Positions 31,387 to 41,397 of a DNA stretch of 64,000 nucleotides are shown in pieces (position 1 is the first letter of the stretch; each line of letters starts with the position of its first letter). Origin of the DNA: Pseudopedobacter sp. GTDB taxonomy: Bacteria; Bacteroidota; Bacteroidia; Sphingobacteriales; Sphingobacteriaceae. Position numbers and translations under genes: made by a program. The stretch spans positions 792 to 64,791 of the forward strand of contig JACMOI010000022.1 of the NCBI GenBank assembly GCA_014378105.1, read 5' to 3'. The notes beneath the pieces were generated by a model that was given only the letters and a program-made list of their open reading frames with translations, ran no database searches and was not told where the DNA came from.

Positions 31387-32289
31387 TTATCTTAATGAAA
31401 AGTTTCCTCTACCCATGGCATAACCATCAGCATAAAGAATTACTGTATATTTTCCTACTTCAAATGGATTTCTATTGGTCCAATCAATGGTAAAATTTTT
31501 AGCCTCTCCATTAAATTCTATGGCAGTTTTATAGGTGTATTGCATGTCTTGGTCATTTGCCGTAAAATTCCCACCCTCACCAATGATTAAATTCCCAGCA
31601 GGGTCTAAAATCCTCATATAAATATCGTGAGTACCTTTATCAGCAATAGGGTTTGTGTTTATTGTGAAATTCACTTTAATTTTTTGAGCAGTATTAGCCC
31701 TTGTTACATCAGTTTCTTTGCCGCTTGATCTTACTCTAAAAGTACTTATAGCCAAGGCAGAAGTTTTAATTGCTGCACCAGCTTTTACTCTAATCGATAA
31801 TGAATCATTAGTTCTGCTTAAATTATCTGCCAGTTGCTTAACGTTCGTGACCGTATTTTTTAAACTATCTCTTTCTCCGGTTAATGAGGCATTTTTCTTT
31901 TGCAAGTCGTCAATGTCGGTAGTATATTTAGTTACAAAATACCTTAATTGTTTAACATCTTCTTTTGCTTTCGATAGCTCACCAGCAGTTAATTTACCTT
32001 TATTAAGAGCTACCCTTAATTGGGCTATTTTTGCTTTAATCTCTTCGTCTTTAACTTTTAAATCATCAGAGAGATGAGTGGTTGAATTGTTGGCTTGTTC
32101 TAGTTCTGTTTCTAGTTTTTCTAGTTCTGTTCTTAATGCAGTTTTCTCATCACTTACAGTCACAATTCTTTGATCAGATTTGGTTTTTTGAAGAAATAAA
32201 TAAAGATTAACGCCCAAAAGAACTACTATAACAGCAACAAGAAAAAATATTTTATTAGTATCTCTCTTTTTTTGCCCTTGATTTTCCAT
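31387..32289 (-). CDS. Hypothetical single-pass membrane protein with coiled coil and C-terminal beta domain
   Basis: N-terminal TM segment IFFLVAVIVVLLGVNLYLF; heptad-rich middle region. Confidence 0.8.
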   Translation of the reverse strand: MENQGQKKRDTNKIFFLVAVIVVLLGVNLYLFLQKTKSDQRIVTVSDEKTALRTELEKLETELEQANNSTTHLSDDLKVKDEEIKAKIAQLRVALNKGKLTAGELSKAKEDVKQLRYFVTKYTTDIDDLQKKNASLTGERDSLKNTVTNVKQLADNLSRTNDSLSIRVKAGAAIKTSALAISTFRVRSSGKETDVTRANTAQKIKVNFTINTNPIADKGTHDIYMRILDPAGNLIIGEGGNFTANDQDMQYTYKTAIEFNGEAKNFTIDWTNRNPFEVGKYTVILYADGYAMGRGNFSLR

Positions 32290-32600
32290 GATGTTTTTAT
32301 TGTGTGTCTACTCCTCAACACAAAAACTATTCCAATTAGTTGGTTTTTTTGTGTCTTTTCTATATATATGCTTTCAACAAAATTTTATTGTTTAATCATT
32401 AAATATGATTTAACAATAACCCCCGAAGTTAATTTTTTTAAAGTTATATCATAATATTTATCAAGATTTATATCTGCTAAATCACCTAAACCCATTATGA
32501 TGCAAATAAATGTATTTAGCTTCACATAACCAATAAACTATTTACAACCATCTAAATAGAATATTTATCTTTACCAACCTTAATATTATCGATTTCCCTT

Positions 32601-34145
32601 ATGAAGTTTTTAAAGTATTTTTTATTTTTTATTTTCTCGTGTGTTCAATTAACTTTTGCTCAAGACTCTTTTAGTCCAAAAAGAGAGTTTAGAGGAGTTT
32701 GGATTGCAACAGTTGTAAATATAGATTGGCCAAGCAAACCAGGTTTAACTACGCAGCAACAAAAGGATGAACTGATAAAAATCTTAGATCAACATCAAAA
32801 GGAAAAAATTAATGCAGTTATGTTTCAAATAAGACCTGCTACTGACGCTTTTTATGCAAAAAGTTTTGAGCCGTGGTCTCAATATCTTACTGGAAAACAA
32901 GGTCAGGCGCCAGATCCATTTTATGATCCTTTACAATTCGCAATAGAAGAATGTCATAAGAGAGGAATGGAGCTTCATGCTTGGTTTAATCCCTATCGAG
33001 CCACATTTGATGGAAAGGAAGAGAATATAGCGACTGATCATATAACTCATCAAAAACCAAATTGGTTTTTTAAATATGATGGCAAAAAATTGTTTAATCC
33101 TGGTTTACCTGAAGTTAGAGCGTATATCAACAAAGTGATATTAAATGTGGTCGACAATTATGATATAGATGGGGTACATTTTGATGATTACTTTTATCCT
33201 TATGCCGTAAGAGGACAAGAGATTGATGATTCAGAATCCTTTATTCTTTATAATAATGGGATTAAAGATATCAAGGACTGGAGACGTTATAATGTTGATG
33301 AATTAATTAAAGGCTTAAATGATAGTATTCACGCTCACAAGAAATATATGAAGTTCGGTATTAGTCCTTTTGGTATCTGGAAAAATAAGAGACAAGATGT
33401 TGAAGGTTCGGAGAGTGCCGGAGGAGATTCATTTTATGGGCTTTACGCCGATTCTAGAAAATGGGTTAAAGAGGGCTGGGTAGATTATATCAATCCTCAA
33501 ATTTATTGGGCATTTGAAACCACTGCTGCTCCGTATGGGAAATTAGTTGATTGGTGGAGTAATAACGCTTATGGCAGACACGTATACATCGGAATTGGTG
33601 CTTATAAAGTGAATGCCGCAAGAGATGTGAATTGGAAATCGGCTGCTCAGGTGGGCAGACAAATTAGATACAACAGGGCAAATCCAAGAGTTGAAGGCAG
33701 TGTGTTCTTCAGCTCTAAATCTTTAACTAAAAATCCTGTGGGATTAGAAGATACTTTGATTGGTAATTATTTTAAAAATCCTGCTTTACCACCTTTAATG
33801 CTTTGGTTGGATTCTGTTGCTCCAAATAAACCACTAAATTTGTTAGCTGTTGAAGACGATAATGGCGTTTTATTAAGTTGGAAATTACCAAAAATTGCTA
33901 AAGACGGCGATAAAGCCTATGGATTTGTAGTTTATCGATTTAGTGAAGGTGAAAAAGTGGACTTAACCAACTCATCGGCAATTAAATCTATTTATTACGG
34001 TGATATTACATCCTTTGAAGATATTACCGCTGAGAAAGGAAAAACCTATACTTATGTCACTACTACATTAGATCGGGTTAAAAACGAAAGTGAGCCATCT
34101 TTGCCTGCTATTATTACCTTAAAAATATCTAAATCAAAACCCTGA
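32601..34145 (+). CDS. GHL10 (YddW/DigH-like) glycoside hydrolase with C-terminal FN3-like domain
   Basis: REFRGVWIATV.NIDWP, ELHAWFNPYR, DGVHFDDYFYPY, DYINPQIYW. Confidence 0.9.
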   Translation: MKFLKYFLFFIFSCVQLTFAQDSFSPKREFRGVWIATVVNIDWPSKPGLTTQQQKDELIKILDQHQKEKINAVMFQIRPATDAFYAKSFEPWSQYLTGKQGQAPDPFYDPLQFAIEECHKRGMELHAWFNPYRATFDGKEENIATDHITHQKPNWFFKYDGKKLFNPGLPEVRAYINKVILNVVDNYDIDGVHFDDYFYPYAVRGQEIDDSESFILYNNGIKDIKDWRRYNVDELIKGLNDSIHAHKKYMKFGISPFGIWKNKRQDVEGSESAGGDSFYGLYADSRKWVKEGWVDYINPQIYWAFETTAAPYGKLVDWWSNNAYGRHVYIGIGAYKVNAARDVNWKSAAQVGRQIRYNRANPRVEGSVFFSSKSLTKNPVGLEDTLIGNYFKNPALPPLMLWLDSVAPNKPLNLLAVEDDNGVLLSWKLPKIAKDGDKAYGFVVYRFSEGEKVDLTNSSAIKSIYYGDITSFEDITAEKGKTYTYVTTTLDRVKNESEPSLPAIITLKISKSKP

Positions 34146-34202
34146 CAAATTTTTGATGAAACGGCATTAGAATTAAATTTTATTATCCGTAAACTTGTTA
34201 CG

Positions 34203-34230
34203 AAAAGACAGAGCTGATCTGTCTTTTTTT
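34203..34230 (+). terminator. Intrinsic terminator
   Basis: AAAAGACAGA-gctga-TCTGTCTTTT followed by more T. Confidence 0.8.
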
Positions 34231-34306
34231 TATTTAATTAAGCATTAAAATTTCATATTATACGTTAATGATTCCTGTGAGTTTAGAATTTGAAAAATTT
34301 AAAGAT

Positions 34307-36385
34307 ATGTTAAAGAGAGTTTTTTTAGGTTTATTTATAGCAGCAACAATAGCGTGTTCTGCCGCACCAAGGGTAGTGAATAAGGATGTTCCAGGGTCTA
34401 ATAATCTAAAGCCAGACCCTCGTCAAGAGTTGATTACCAAAGAAATTGCAGATTTGGTTCAAAACCTAAATTATAAAAAGCCAGTGCTTAATGACTCTTT
34501 AGGTTCTGTAATATTTAATAATTACATCAAAGGGATGGATCCTAATAAAAGCTATTTTCTAGCTTCTGATATTTTGGATTTCGAGCAATACCGTAAAACT
34601 TTTGATGATGATATGAAAAACGGAGATTTATCTGCCGCTTTTTATATGTTTAATGTTTACCAAAAGAGGTATAACGAAACAATGGGGTTTTCAGTAAATG
34701 CGCTTTCTAATCATTTTGATTTTAATAAAAACGAAGCATATGTTTATGACAGGGAGAAATTGCCTTGGTTTAAGGATTTAAGTGAGAGTAATCAATCTTG
34801 GACAAAAAAAGTAAAATATGATTTCTTAAATTTAAAATTAACAAAGCAAGTTGATACAGCTATCGTATCTACACTTACAAAGCGTTATAAAAATTTATTG
34901 GCTCAGTCTAATAAAATTAATAATCAGGATGCTTTTCAAGTCATTATGACGGCTTTCACTAGTTCAATAGATCCTCATACGAGTTATTTTAATCCAGCGA
35001 ATGCCGCTAATTTTAATATTGATATGTCAAGATCTTTAGAAGGAATTGGAGCAACATTAACATCCGAAAACGAATTTGTAACTATCAAAAGCGTAGTAAC
35101 AGGCGGTCCAGCAGATAAGAGTAAGCAATTGAAAATTGATGATAAAATTATAGCAGTCGCACAAGGGGATAAGGATTTTGTTGATGTAGTAGGATGGAGA
35201 TTAGATAATGCAATATCATTAATTAGAGGTACAAAAGGAACCACCGTAAAGTTGAAAATCTTATCAAAAAATCAGGATTTATCCTCTACACCAAAGACCG
35301 TTTCAATGGTTCGTGAGAAAATTATTTTAGAAGATCAATCGGTGCAAAAGAAAATAAAATCAGTTACTCGTGACGGTAAAACTTATAACTATGGAGTGAT
35401 TGAAATACCAGCATTTTATGCTGATTTCGCTGAAATGCAAAAAGGAAATCCTAACTATAAATCAACTACAAGAGATGTGAAATTGATTTTAGATTCATTG
35501 AAGAATGAAAATATTGATGGGATTGTGATTGATTTACGTGGCAATGGTGGCGGATCTTTAACGGAGGCAATAGAATTGACAGGCTTGTTTATTCCTAAAG
35601 GGCCAGTTGTACAAGTTAAAGATTATAGAGGTAAAGTTGAAGTTGATGAAGATGAAGATCCAAGTGTAAGTTGGACGGGCCCGATGGTAATCATGACCGA
35701 TCGCTTTAGCGCATCAGCATCAGAAATTTTCGCTGGAGCAATCCAAGATTATGGACGTGGAATTATTGTCGGAAACCAAACTTATGGTAAAGGAACTGTT
35801 CAATCTGCAATTGATATGAAAAGGGTTAATCCTGATTTAGGTGATAAAGGTGGACAGATTAACTTAACGATGGGCAAGTTTTACCGTATTACTGGAAGCT
35901 CAACACAACACAGAGGTGTAACTCCCGATGTTGAATTTCCAACTATTTTTCCAGCTGATAAATATGGAGAAAGTTCAGAACCATCTGCTTTGCCTTGGGA
36001 TGAGATTAAAAGTAGCAACTATACTAAATATGCCGATTTAAGTAAAGCAATTGGAGAGTTAAAAATTTCGCATGATGCTAGGATGAAAGTCAGTCATGAG
36101 TTCACTTATCTTTTACAAGATATTTCCGAATTTAAGAAAAGAGATACAGAGAATTCTTTACCGTTAAATGAGTCAATGCTTAAAAAGCAAAGAGAAGAAT
36201 TGGAAATTAAAAATTTAAGTCGTGAGAATGAAAGAAGAGTTTCGAGAGGGTTATTACCTTTAAAAAAGGGCGAAGCGAAACCTGTAAAAGAAGAAGACCA
36301 TGATTTTGTAAAAGAAGAGAGCATGCAAGTCTTAACAGATTACATCGCAAATCCACAAATTGCGAAAACAAATAAAAAATTCTAA
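34307..36385 (+). CDS. prc: Tail-specific (carboxy-terminal processing) protease, S41A
   Basis: DPHTSY, GIGA PDZ, DLRGNGGG, SASASEI, GKGTVQ; start moved to the ATG at 34307. Confidence 0.95.
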   Translation: MLKRVFLGLFIAATIACSAAPRVVNKDVPGSNNLKPDPRQELITKEIADLVQNLNYKKPVLNDSLGSVIFNNYIKGMDPNKSYFLASDILDFEQYRKTFDDDMKNGDLSAAFYMFNVYQKRYNETMGFSVNALSNHFDFNKNEAYVYDREKLPWFKDLSESNQSWTKKVKYDFLNLKLTKQVDTAIVSTLTKRYKNLLAQSNKINNQDAFQVIMTAFTSSIDPHTSYFNPANAANFNIDMSRSLEGIGATLTSENEFVTIKSVVTGGPADKSKQLKIDDKIIAVAQGDKDFVDVVGWRLDNAISLIRGTKGTTVKLKILSKNQDLSSTPKTVSMVREKIILEDQSVQKKIKSVTRDGKTYNYGVIEIPAFYADFAEMQKGNPNYKSTTRDVKLILDSLKNENIDGIVIDLRGNGGGSLTEAIELTGLFIPKGPVVQVKDYRGKVEVDEDEDPSVSWTGPMVIMTDRFSASASEIFAGAIQDYGRGIIVGNQTYGKGTVQSAIDMKRVNPDLGDKGGQINLTMGKFYRITGSSTQHRGVTPDVEFPTIFPADKYGESSEPSALPWDEIKSSNYTKYADLSKAIGELKISHDARMKVSHEFTYLLQDISEFKKRDTENSLPLNESMLKKQREELEIKNLSRENERRVSRGLLPLKKGEAKPVKEEDHDFVKEESMQVLTDYIANPQIAKTNKKF

Positions 36386-36390
36386 TGGAG

Positions 36391-36416
36391 ACGCCCGGTT
36401 AAGCCGGGCGTTTTTT
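36391..36416 (+). terminator. Intrinsic terminator after prc
   Basis: ACGCCCGG-ttaag-CCGGGCGT followed by TTTTT. Confidence 0.9.
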
Positions 36417-36494
36417 GTATCAAAAAGGTTATTAATTTTTTAATATTAACTTCTTAAATTGGGGTTTCAACTTTTAACAAAAACTTAAATCAAA

Positions 36495-38141
36495 ATGGAT
36501 AGAAGAAAATTCCTCATCAGTACCTCTGTAGTTGGTCTAGCATCTACTACCTTAGCGTCTACTTCTTTTAAACTGCAAGCTTCAGAATTAAATAAAAAGG
36601 ATCATTCAGATTTTTCTGCTGATGGCTTTGAGCTCAATGAAATTACCATAGATCAATTGCAAAGTATGATGGAAAGTGGAAAAGCTACCGCTAAATCTAT
36701 TACCGAAATGTATTTGAAAAGAATTGATGCGATGGATAAAAAGGGGCCAGCAATTAACGCTGTTATTGAGCTAAATCTGGATGCTGTAAAGATTGCCGAG
36801 GAGATGGATAAAGAAAGAAGAAGTGGGAAAATCAGAGGTAAAATGCATGGAATTCCTGTTTTAATTAAAGATAATATCAATACAGGAGATAAAATGATGA
36901 CTACAGCTGGTGCTTTAGCTATGGTAGGAAACTATGCAAGCGAAGATGCATTTATTGTAAAGCAATTAAGAGCTGCAGGGGCAATTTTATTGGGTAAAAC
37001 TAATTTAAGTGAATGGGCAAATTTCCGTTCAGATAATTCTACTAGTGGTTGGAGTGGAAGAGGTGGTCAAACGCGGATGCCATATATTTTAGATAGAAAT
37101 CCATCGGGCTCAAGTTCGGGTACTGGAGCTTCTGTAGCGGCTAATTTTTGTGTAATTGGAATTGGTACTGAAACCGATGGATCTATCACCTCACCTTCTT
37201 CTATGAGCGGTTTAGTAGGAATTAAACCTACAGTTGGTTTATTAAGTAGAACAGGAATTATTCCAATATCCGCAACACAAGATACTGCCGGACCAATGGG
37301 ACGCACAGTAAAAGACGCTGCAATTTTCTTAGGTGTTTTAGCCGGAGTGGATGAAAAAGATCCAGTAACTAAAGAGAGTATTGGTAAAGCTAAAAAGGAT
37401 TATACCACCAACCTAAGTACAGCAGGATTAAAAGGGAAAAGAATTGGAATAGAAAAAAGCTTTTTAACTCGTGGAAATCCTGAAGTAGTCGCCATTTTCA
37501 AAAAGTCTATCGATATCATGAAAAAATTAGGAGCTACCCTAGAAGAGGTTGATTTTAGAACTAAAGTTTATAAAGAAACTGGAAACACCGAGGGGGAAGT
37601 TTTACAATTTGAATTTAAAGATGGTTTAAATAAATATTTGGCTACAGCCAATGCTAAAGTTAAAACATTAGCGGATGTCATCAAATTTAATGAAGAGCAT
37701 GCAAAGGAATCGATGCCGTTTTTTATGCAGGAAACTTTAATAGAAAGTGATGCAAAAGATAGTTTAAATAGCGAGAAATATAAAGAGGCGGTTGCTAAAT
37801 CTACCAAATCGAGAGGAGTCATATCTAGCACATTAAAAGAAAATAATTTTGATGCGATTATTGGTATTTCTAATGGGCCAGCTGCTTGTATAGATAATAT
37901 TAATGGCGATTATGGTTCTGGATTTTCATTCTCTGGGCCGGCTGCAACAGCAGGTTATCCTCATATAACATTACCAATGGGAATGTTGCATGAATTGCCT
38001 ATCGGGATTTCATTCATTGGGGATGCTTATCAGGAAGAAAAACTAATTCAAATGGCGTATGCTTTTGAGCAAGCTTCAAAAGCTAGGAAAGCGCCAAAGT
38101 TTATTCCTTCAGCAATTCCAAAAGCGGGGACTAATTCTTAA
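36495..38141 (+). CDS. Amidase-signature family enzyme with twin-arginine signal peptide
   Basis: MDRRKFL; IKDNI, GKTNLSEWAN, SGSSSG, GTETDGSI. Confidence 0.92.
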   Translation: MDRRKFLISTSVVGLASTTLASTSFKLQASELNKKDHSDFSADGFELNEITIDQLQSMMESGKATAKSITEMYLKRIDAMDKKGPAINAVIELNLDAVKIAEEMDKERRSGKIRGKMHGIPVLIKDNINTGDKMMTTAGALAMVGNYASEDAFIVKQLRAAGAILLGKTNLSEWANFRSDNSTSGWSGRGGQTRMPYILDRNPSGSSSGTGASVAANFCVIGIGTETDGSITSPSSMSGLVGIKPTVGLLSRTGIIPISATQDTAGPMGRTVKDAAIFLGVLAGVDEKDPVTKESIGKAKKDYTTNLSTAGLKGKRIGIEKSFLTRGNPEVVAIFKKSIDIMKKLGATLEEVDFRTKVYKETGNTEGEVLQFEFKDGLNKYLATANAKVKTLADVIKFNEEHAKESMPFFMQETLIESDAKDSLNSEKYKEAVAKSTKSRGVISSTLKENNFDAIIGISNGPAACIDNINGDYGSGFSFSGPAATAGYPHITLPMGMLHELPIGISFIGDAYQEEKLIQMAYAFEQASKARKAPKFIPSAIPKAGTNS

Positions 38142-38143
38142 TA

Positions 38144-38195
38144 AAAATTAGAATAAGATTCTCTAATAAAATTTAGAGAATCTTATTCTAATTTT
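38144..38195. terminator. 23-bp perfect inverted repeat between convergent genes
   Basis: AAAATTAGAATAAGATTCTCTAA-taaaat-TTAGAGAATCTTATTCTAATTTT. Confidence 0.75.
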
Positions 38196-38205
38196 CTAAT
38201 TTTTC

Positions 38206-39198
38206 TTAAATGGATCCTCCATTTATTAACACAGAATCGATAGTTAGCTCTTGTATATACGAATTGCCAGCCATACAAGTTATCATTCGACTAAATGCAA
38301 GCTTTCCTAATTTAAATCCACTAGTTTCAGCATAGGCAATTTCTGGAAAATAGAGTTGAGGAATAAATCCATCACTGATAGCGACTACGCTCAAGTCATG
38401 CGGAATTTTTATCGCTAACTTTTGTACCACCTTCATAACCCCCGTTAAAATTTCATCGCTCATACAAAAAACGGCATCAGGTTTACTTTCCTCCAAAGCC
38501 TTAGTGAAAGCTATACTTGCTGCTTTTGCACTATTTGCAAAAGCAATTGTATAACTAATTGTATTTCCCTTTTTGACCATCTCTTTTTCAAAAGCGGCTA
38601 ACCTTTTATTGGAGATTGATAAATTTATATCTCCGAATAATGCTAAAATATTTTTTTTCTTTTTGGTGATGAGCGCTTCAACTGCTAGTTGAGTTGCTAA
38701 AGAATCAGCTACACAGACTTTATTACAAACTTCAAATGCAGGAACTTTATCAAAAAATATAATGGGAATATCTTGATCTTCAACTTTTAAAAACGGTTTA
38801 ATATCCTCAGTTTTTGAAGTTATGGACACAAAAATACCTGCGACTCTGCTTTGCTTACATCTTTTAAGATTCTCAATTTCTATTTCTGGATCATCAACAG
38901 ATTGCAGAATAATTAATGAGTAACCAAATCGTCTGGCTTCTTCTTCTAAAGAACTAATGAAAGAATGATAAAAGTAGTTTGAAATAGCGGGTATAATTAC
39001 CCCAAACTCTTTACTATTATTTGTTCGTAAATTAATAGCATAAGTATTAGGTTCATACTCTAATATACCTGCTAATTCCCTTACTTTTTCTTTTGTTTCT
39101 TTTGAAATATCTGGATGATCTTTTAAAGCTCTGGAGACTGTTGAGATACTCATATTTAGCATCTCTGCGAGTTTTTTTAAGGTTACGTTTGGTTTCAA
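38206..39198 (-). CDS. LacI family transcriptional regulator
   Basis: HTH TLKKLA..SISTVSRAL, YEPN; likely TTG start at 39198 (MKPNVTL). Confidence 0.93.
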   Translation of the reverse strand: MKPNVTLKKLAEMLNMSISTVSRALKDHPDISKETKEKVRELAGILEYEPNTYAINLRTNNSKEFGVIIPAISNYFYHSFISSLEEEARRFGYSLIILQSVDDPEIEIENLKRCKQSRVAGIFVSITSKTEDIKPFLKVEDQDIPIIFFDKVPAFEVCNKVCVADSLATQLAVEALITKKKKNILALFGDINLSISNKRLAAFEKEMVKKGNTISYTIAFANSAKAASIAFTKALEESKPDAVFCMSDEILTGVMKVVQKLAIKIPHDLSVVAISDGFIPQLYFPEIAYAETSGFKLGKLAFSRMITCMAGNSYIQELTIDSVLINGGSI

Positions 39199-39236
39199 AA
39201 TAATTATAATTTGATACTCCAATATAGTAATTTTCC

Positions 39237-39278
39237 ACAACAAACATTTTCGCAAAGCTTTGCGAAAATGTTTGTTGT
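39237..39278. promoter_or_regulatory. Perfect 42-bp palindrome, candidate LacI operator
   Basis: ACAACAAACATTTTCGCAAAG|CTTTGCGAAAATGTTTGTTGT in the divergent promoter region. Confidence 0.7.
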
Positions 39279-39521
39279 ACTTAGGTATTTTTTATCACTA
39301 AGTTTATTAGGGTTTAAATATAATTTTGAAAAACTAATTATTTTAAACCATTTAAATAAACGCAGCAAAACTTTAATAATCAAAGTAAGCGGCGAAAGTA
39401 TTCTAATTTTTACAATATCATATTATTGATAGAATGACTAGAGAGAATGTGTCATGTAATTTACAATTAATTAGAGCGCAGTTGTTTATCTGTTCTTTTT
39501 TAAATTAAAGCTTATGAAAGT

Positions 39522-41381
39522 ATGAATTGGCGAGATAATGATTTATTACTAACAGCGGCTGCAATTGAAGTTTTAAATAGCGCTTCAAGTAACGTTGGTA
39601 TTAAGGCATCATCTCAGGAAACTGATAATTATAATAGAATATGGGCAAGAGATAGCGCTGTATCTTCTTTAGCAATTCTCACCAATCAAATTACTCACCT
39701 TTATCCTAATATTAAAGCATCTATTGTTACTCTACAAAGTGCAGCAAATTTATTCGGACAAATACCGTCTAATGTCTCAACTGATGAAGGAGGCATTATA
39801 AATGGGATTAGTTTTGGAGGTCCAGTAGGAAGAACGGATACCAGTTTTTGGTGGTTAATTATGAGTATAAGTTATTTGCAACAGCAACCAGATGCAGCTT
39901 TAAGATCCTCAATTTACGAACAAGCAAAAATAATTTTTCGTTTAGCGGATTCTTGGGAGTTTAATGGCAAGCATTTGATGTATGTTCCTATGAGTAGTAA
40001 TTGGGCTGATGAATATGTGACTCATGGTTACGTGTTATATGATCAATTATTAAGATTTTGGGCTTTAAACTTAGCTTCAAATTACTTCAACCAACAAATT
40101 TGGAATAAAAAAGCATCAGCTATTAAAACGGCTATAAAACAACACTATCTTTTAGAAGCCGAATTGGAAGATAGTTTATATACCGAAGCACAAAGAAAGG
40201 AATTAAAAGACTTCGATTTAGAAAAAAGATTTATAGCGTCTTTTTCACCTGGTGATAGGATAGAAAAGTATGATACTTGGTCTATTGGCTTACTATTTTT
40301 ACTAAAAATTCCATCACAACAGAGTGGAATTAAATTAGAAAAAGCCATTAATAAAATCTTTGTAGAGGCGAAAGGAAAAGGAATACCAGCTTTTTATCCT
40401 TTAATTACTAGTGATGATAAACTCTTTGATTTTATAAAATTAAACCATCATTACAGATTTAAAAATCATCCTGGTCATTTCCATAATGGAGGTATTTGGC
40501 CTGTAGTAAATGGCTTTTTGATTTCGGGTCTTAAAATTTCAGGCTTTAGTAAAACGGCCATGCTAATAATGGATGCTTTAAATCAGAATTTAATAAATGA
40601 AAATGCTAACGTCCCATTTACTGAATATTTTGATTTTTTTGAAGCCAAACCATTTGGAGTTTCAAATTTGTGCTTTAGTGCCTCAGGCTATTTATTGGCC
40701 AAACAATCATTAATAAATGAAAATGTTTTTATGAATCAGCTATCGTTGCCTCATAACGATTTTGAAAAAATATATGAAATAATAAAGGCCCAAACGGCAA
40801 ACATCATTTCTCATTTGAATATTGGTGAAAAAAAAACAATTACTATTTCTTTAGCTGGAGAATCAGGAAGTGGCAAAACTACTTTGGCTAAAGCAATAAA
40901 AATGATGCTAGAAGAAGAAGATAAAAAAGTAGTGCTTCTTCATCAAGACGATTATTTTAAGCTCCCTCCACAGCAAAATCATATCGCTCGAATGAAGGAT
41001 TTCAATCATGTTGGTCCGCAAGAGGCCAGATTGTCATTGTTAGATGAACATCTTCATCTAATTAAATCAAATCAAATAACTTCAATAGAAATACCGCATA
41101 TGAATTGGTTAAATGACTCAGAAGAAAAAATTATGTTAAACGTAGCCAATGTTGATGTTATTTTAGTTGAGGGAACTTACACATCGTTGCTCAAAGAAAT
41201 TAATAAAAGGATTTTTATAAATTCTGATTTTAAAAAAACAAAACAAAATCGGATCATAAGAAACAGAGAAACGGTAACTGACTTTATAGAAAAAGTATTA
41301 AAACGAGAAAATGAAATTATCCAGCAACATTTAAAGCTTGCTGATATAGTTGTAGATCATGAATTTAAAATAGTTCCTTAA
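39522..41381 (+). CDS. GH100 invertase-like hydrolase fused to a uridine kinase/PRK-like P-loop kinase
   Basis: N-terminal YNRIWARD, DTSFWWLI, FHNGGIWP, FTEYFD, CFSASGYLLA; C-terminal AGESGSGKT, HQDDYF, ILVEG. Confidence 0.8.
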   Translation: MNWRDNDLLLTAAAIEVLNSASSNVGIKASSQETDNYNRIWARDSAVSSLAILTNQITHLYPNIKASIVTLQSAANLFGQIPSNVSTDEGGIINGISFGGPVGRTDTSFWWLIMSISYLQQQPDAALRSSIYEQAKIIFRLADSWEFNGKHLMYVPMSSNWADEYVTHGYVLYDQLLRFWALNLASNYFNQQIWNKKASAIKTAIKQHYLLEAELEDSLYTEAQRKELKDFDLEKRFIASFSPGDRIEKYDTWSIGLLFLLKIPSQQSGIKLEKAINKIFVEAKGKGIPAFYPLITSDDKLFDFIKLNHHYRFKNHPGHFHNGGIWPVVNGFLISGLKISGFSKTAMLIMDALNQNLINENANVPFTEYFDFFEAKPFGVSNLCFSASGYLLAKQSLINENVFMNQLSLPHNDFEKIYEIIKAQTANIISHLNIGEKKTITISLAGESGSGKTTLAKAIKMMLEEEDKKVVLLHQDDYFKLPPQQNHIARMKDFNHVGPQEARLSLLDEHLHLIKSNQITSIEIPHMNWLNDSEEKIMLNVANVDVILVEGTYTSLLKEINKRIFINSDFKKTKQNRIIRNRETVTDFIEKVLKRENEIIQQHLKLADIVVDHEFKIVP

Positions 41382-41397
41382 ACTTTAAATTATTTAT

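Noticed and set aside
39199-39429. LacI N-terminal extension to 39255 and the 72-aa plus-strand ORF
   Set aside because: Both run into or through the palindromic operator region; the HTH begins right after the TTG at 39198
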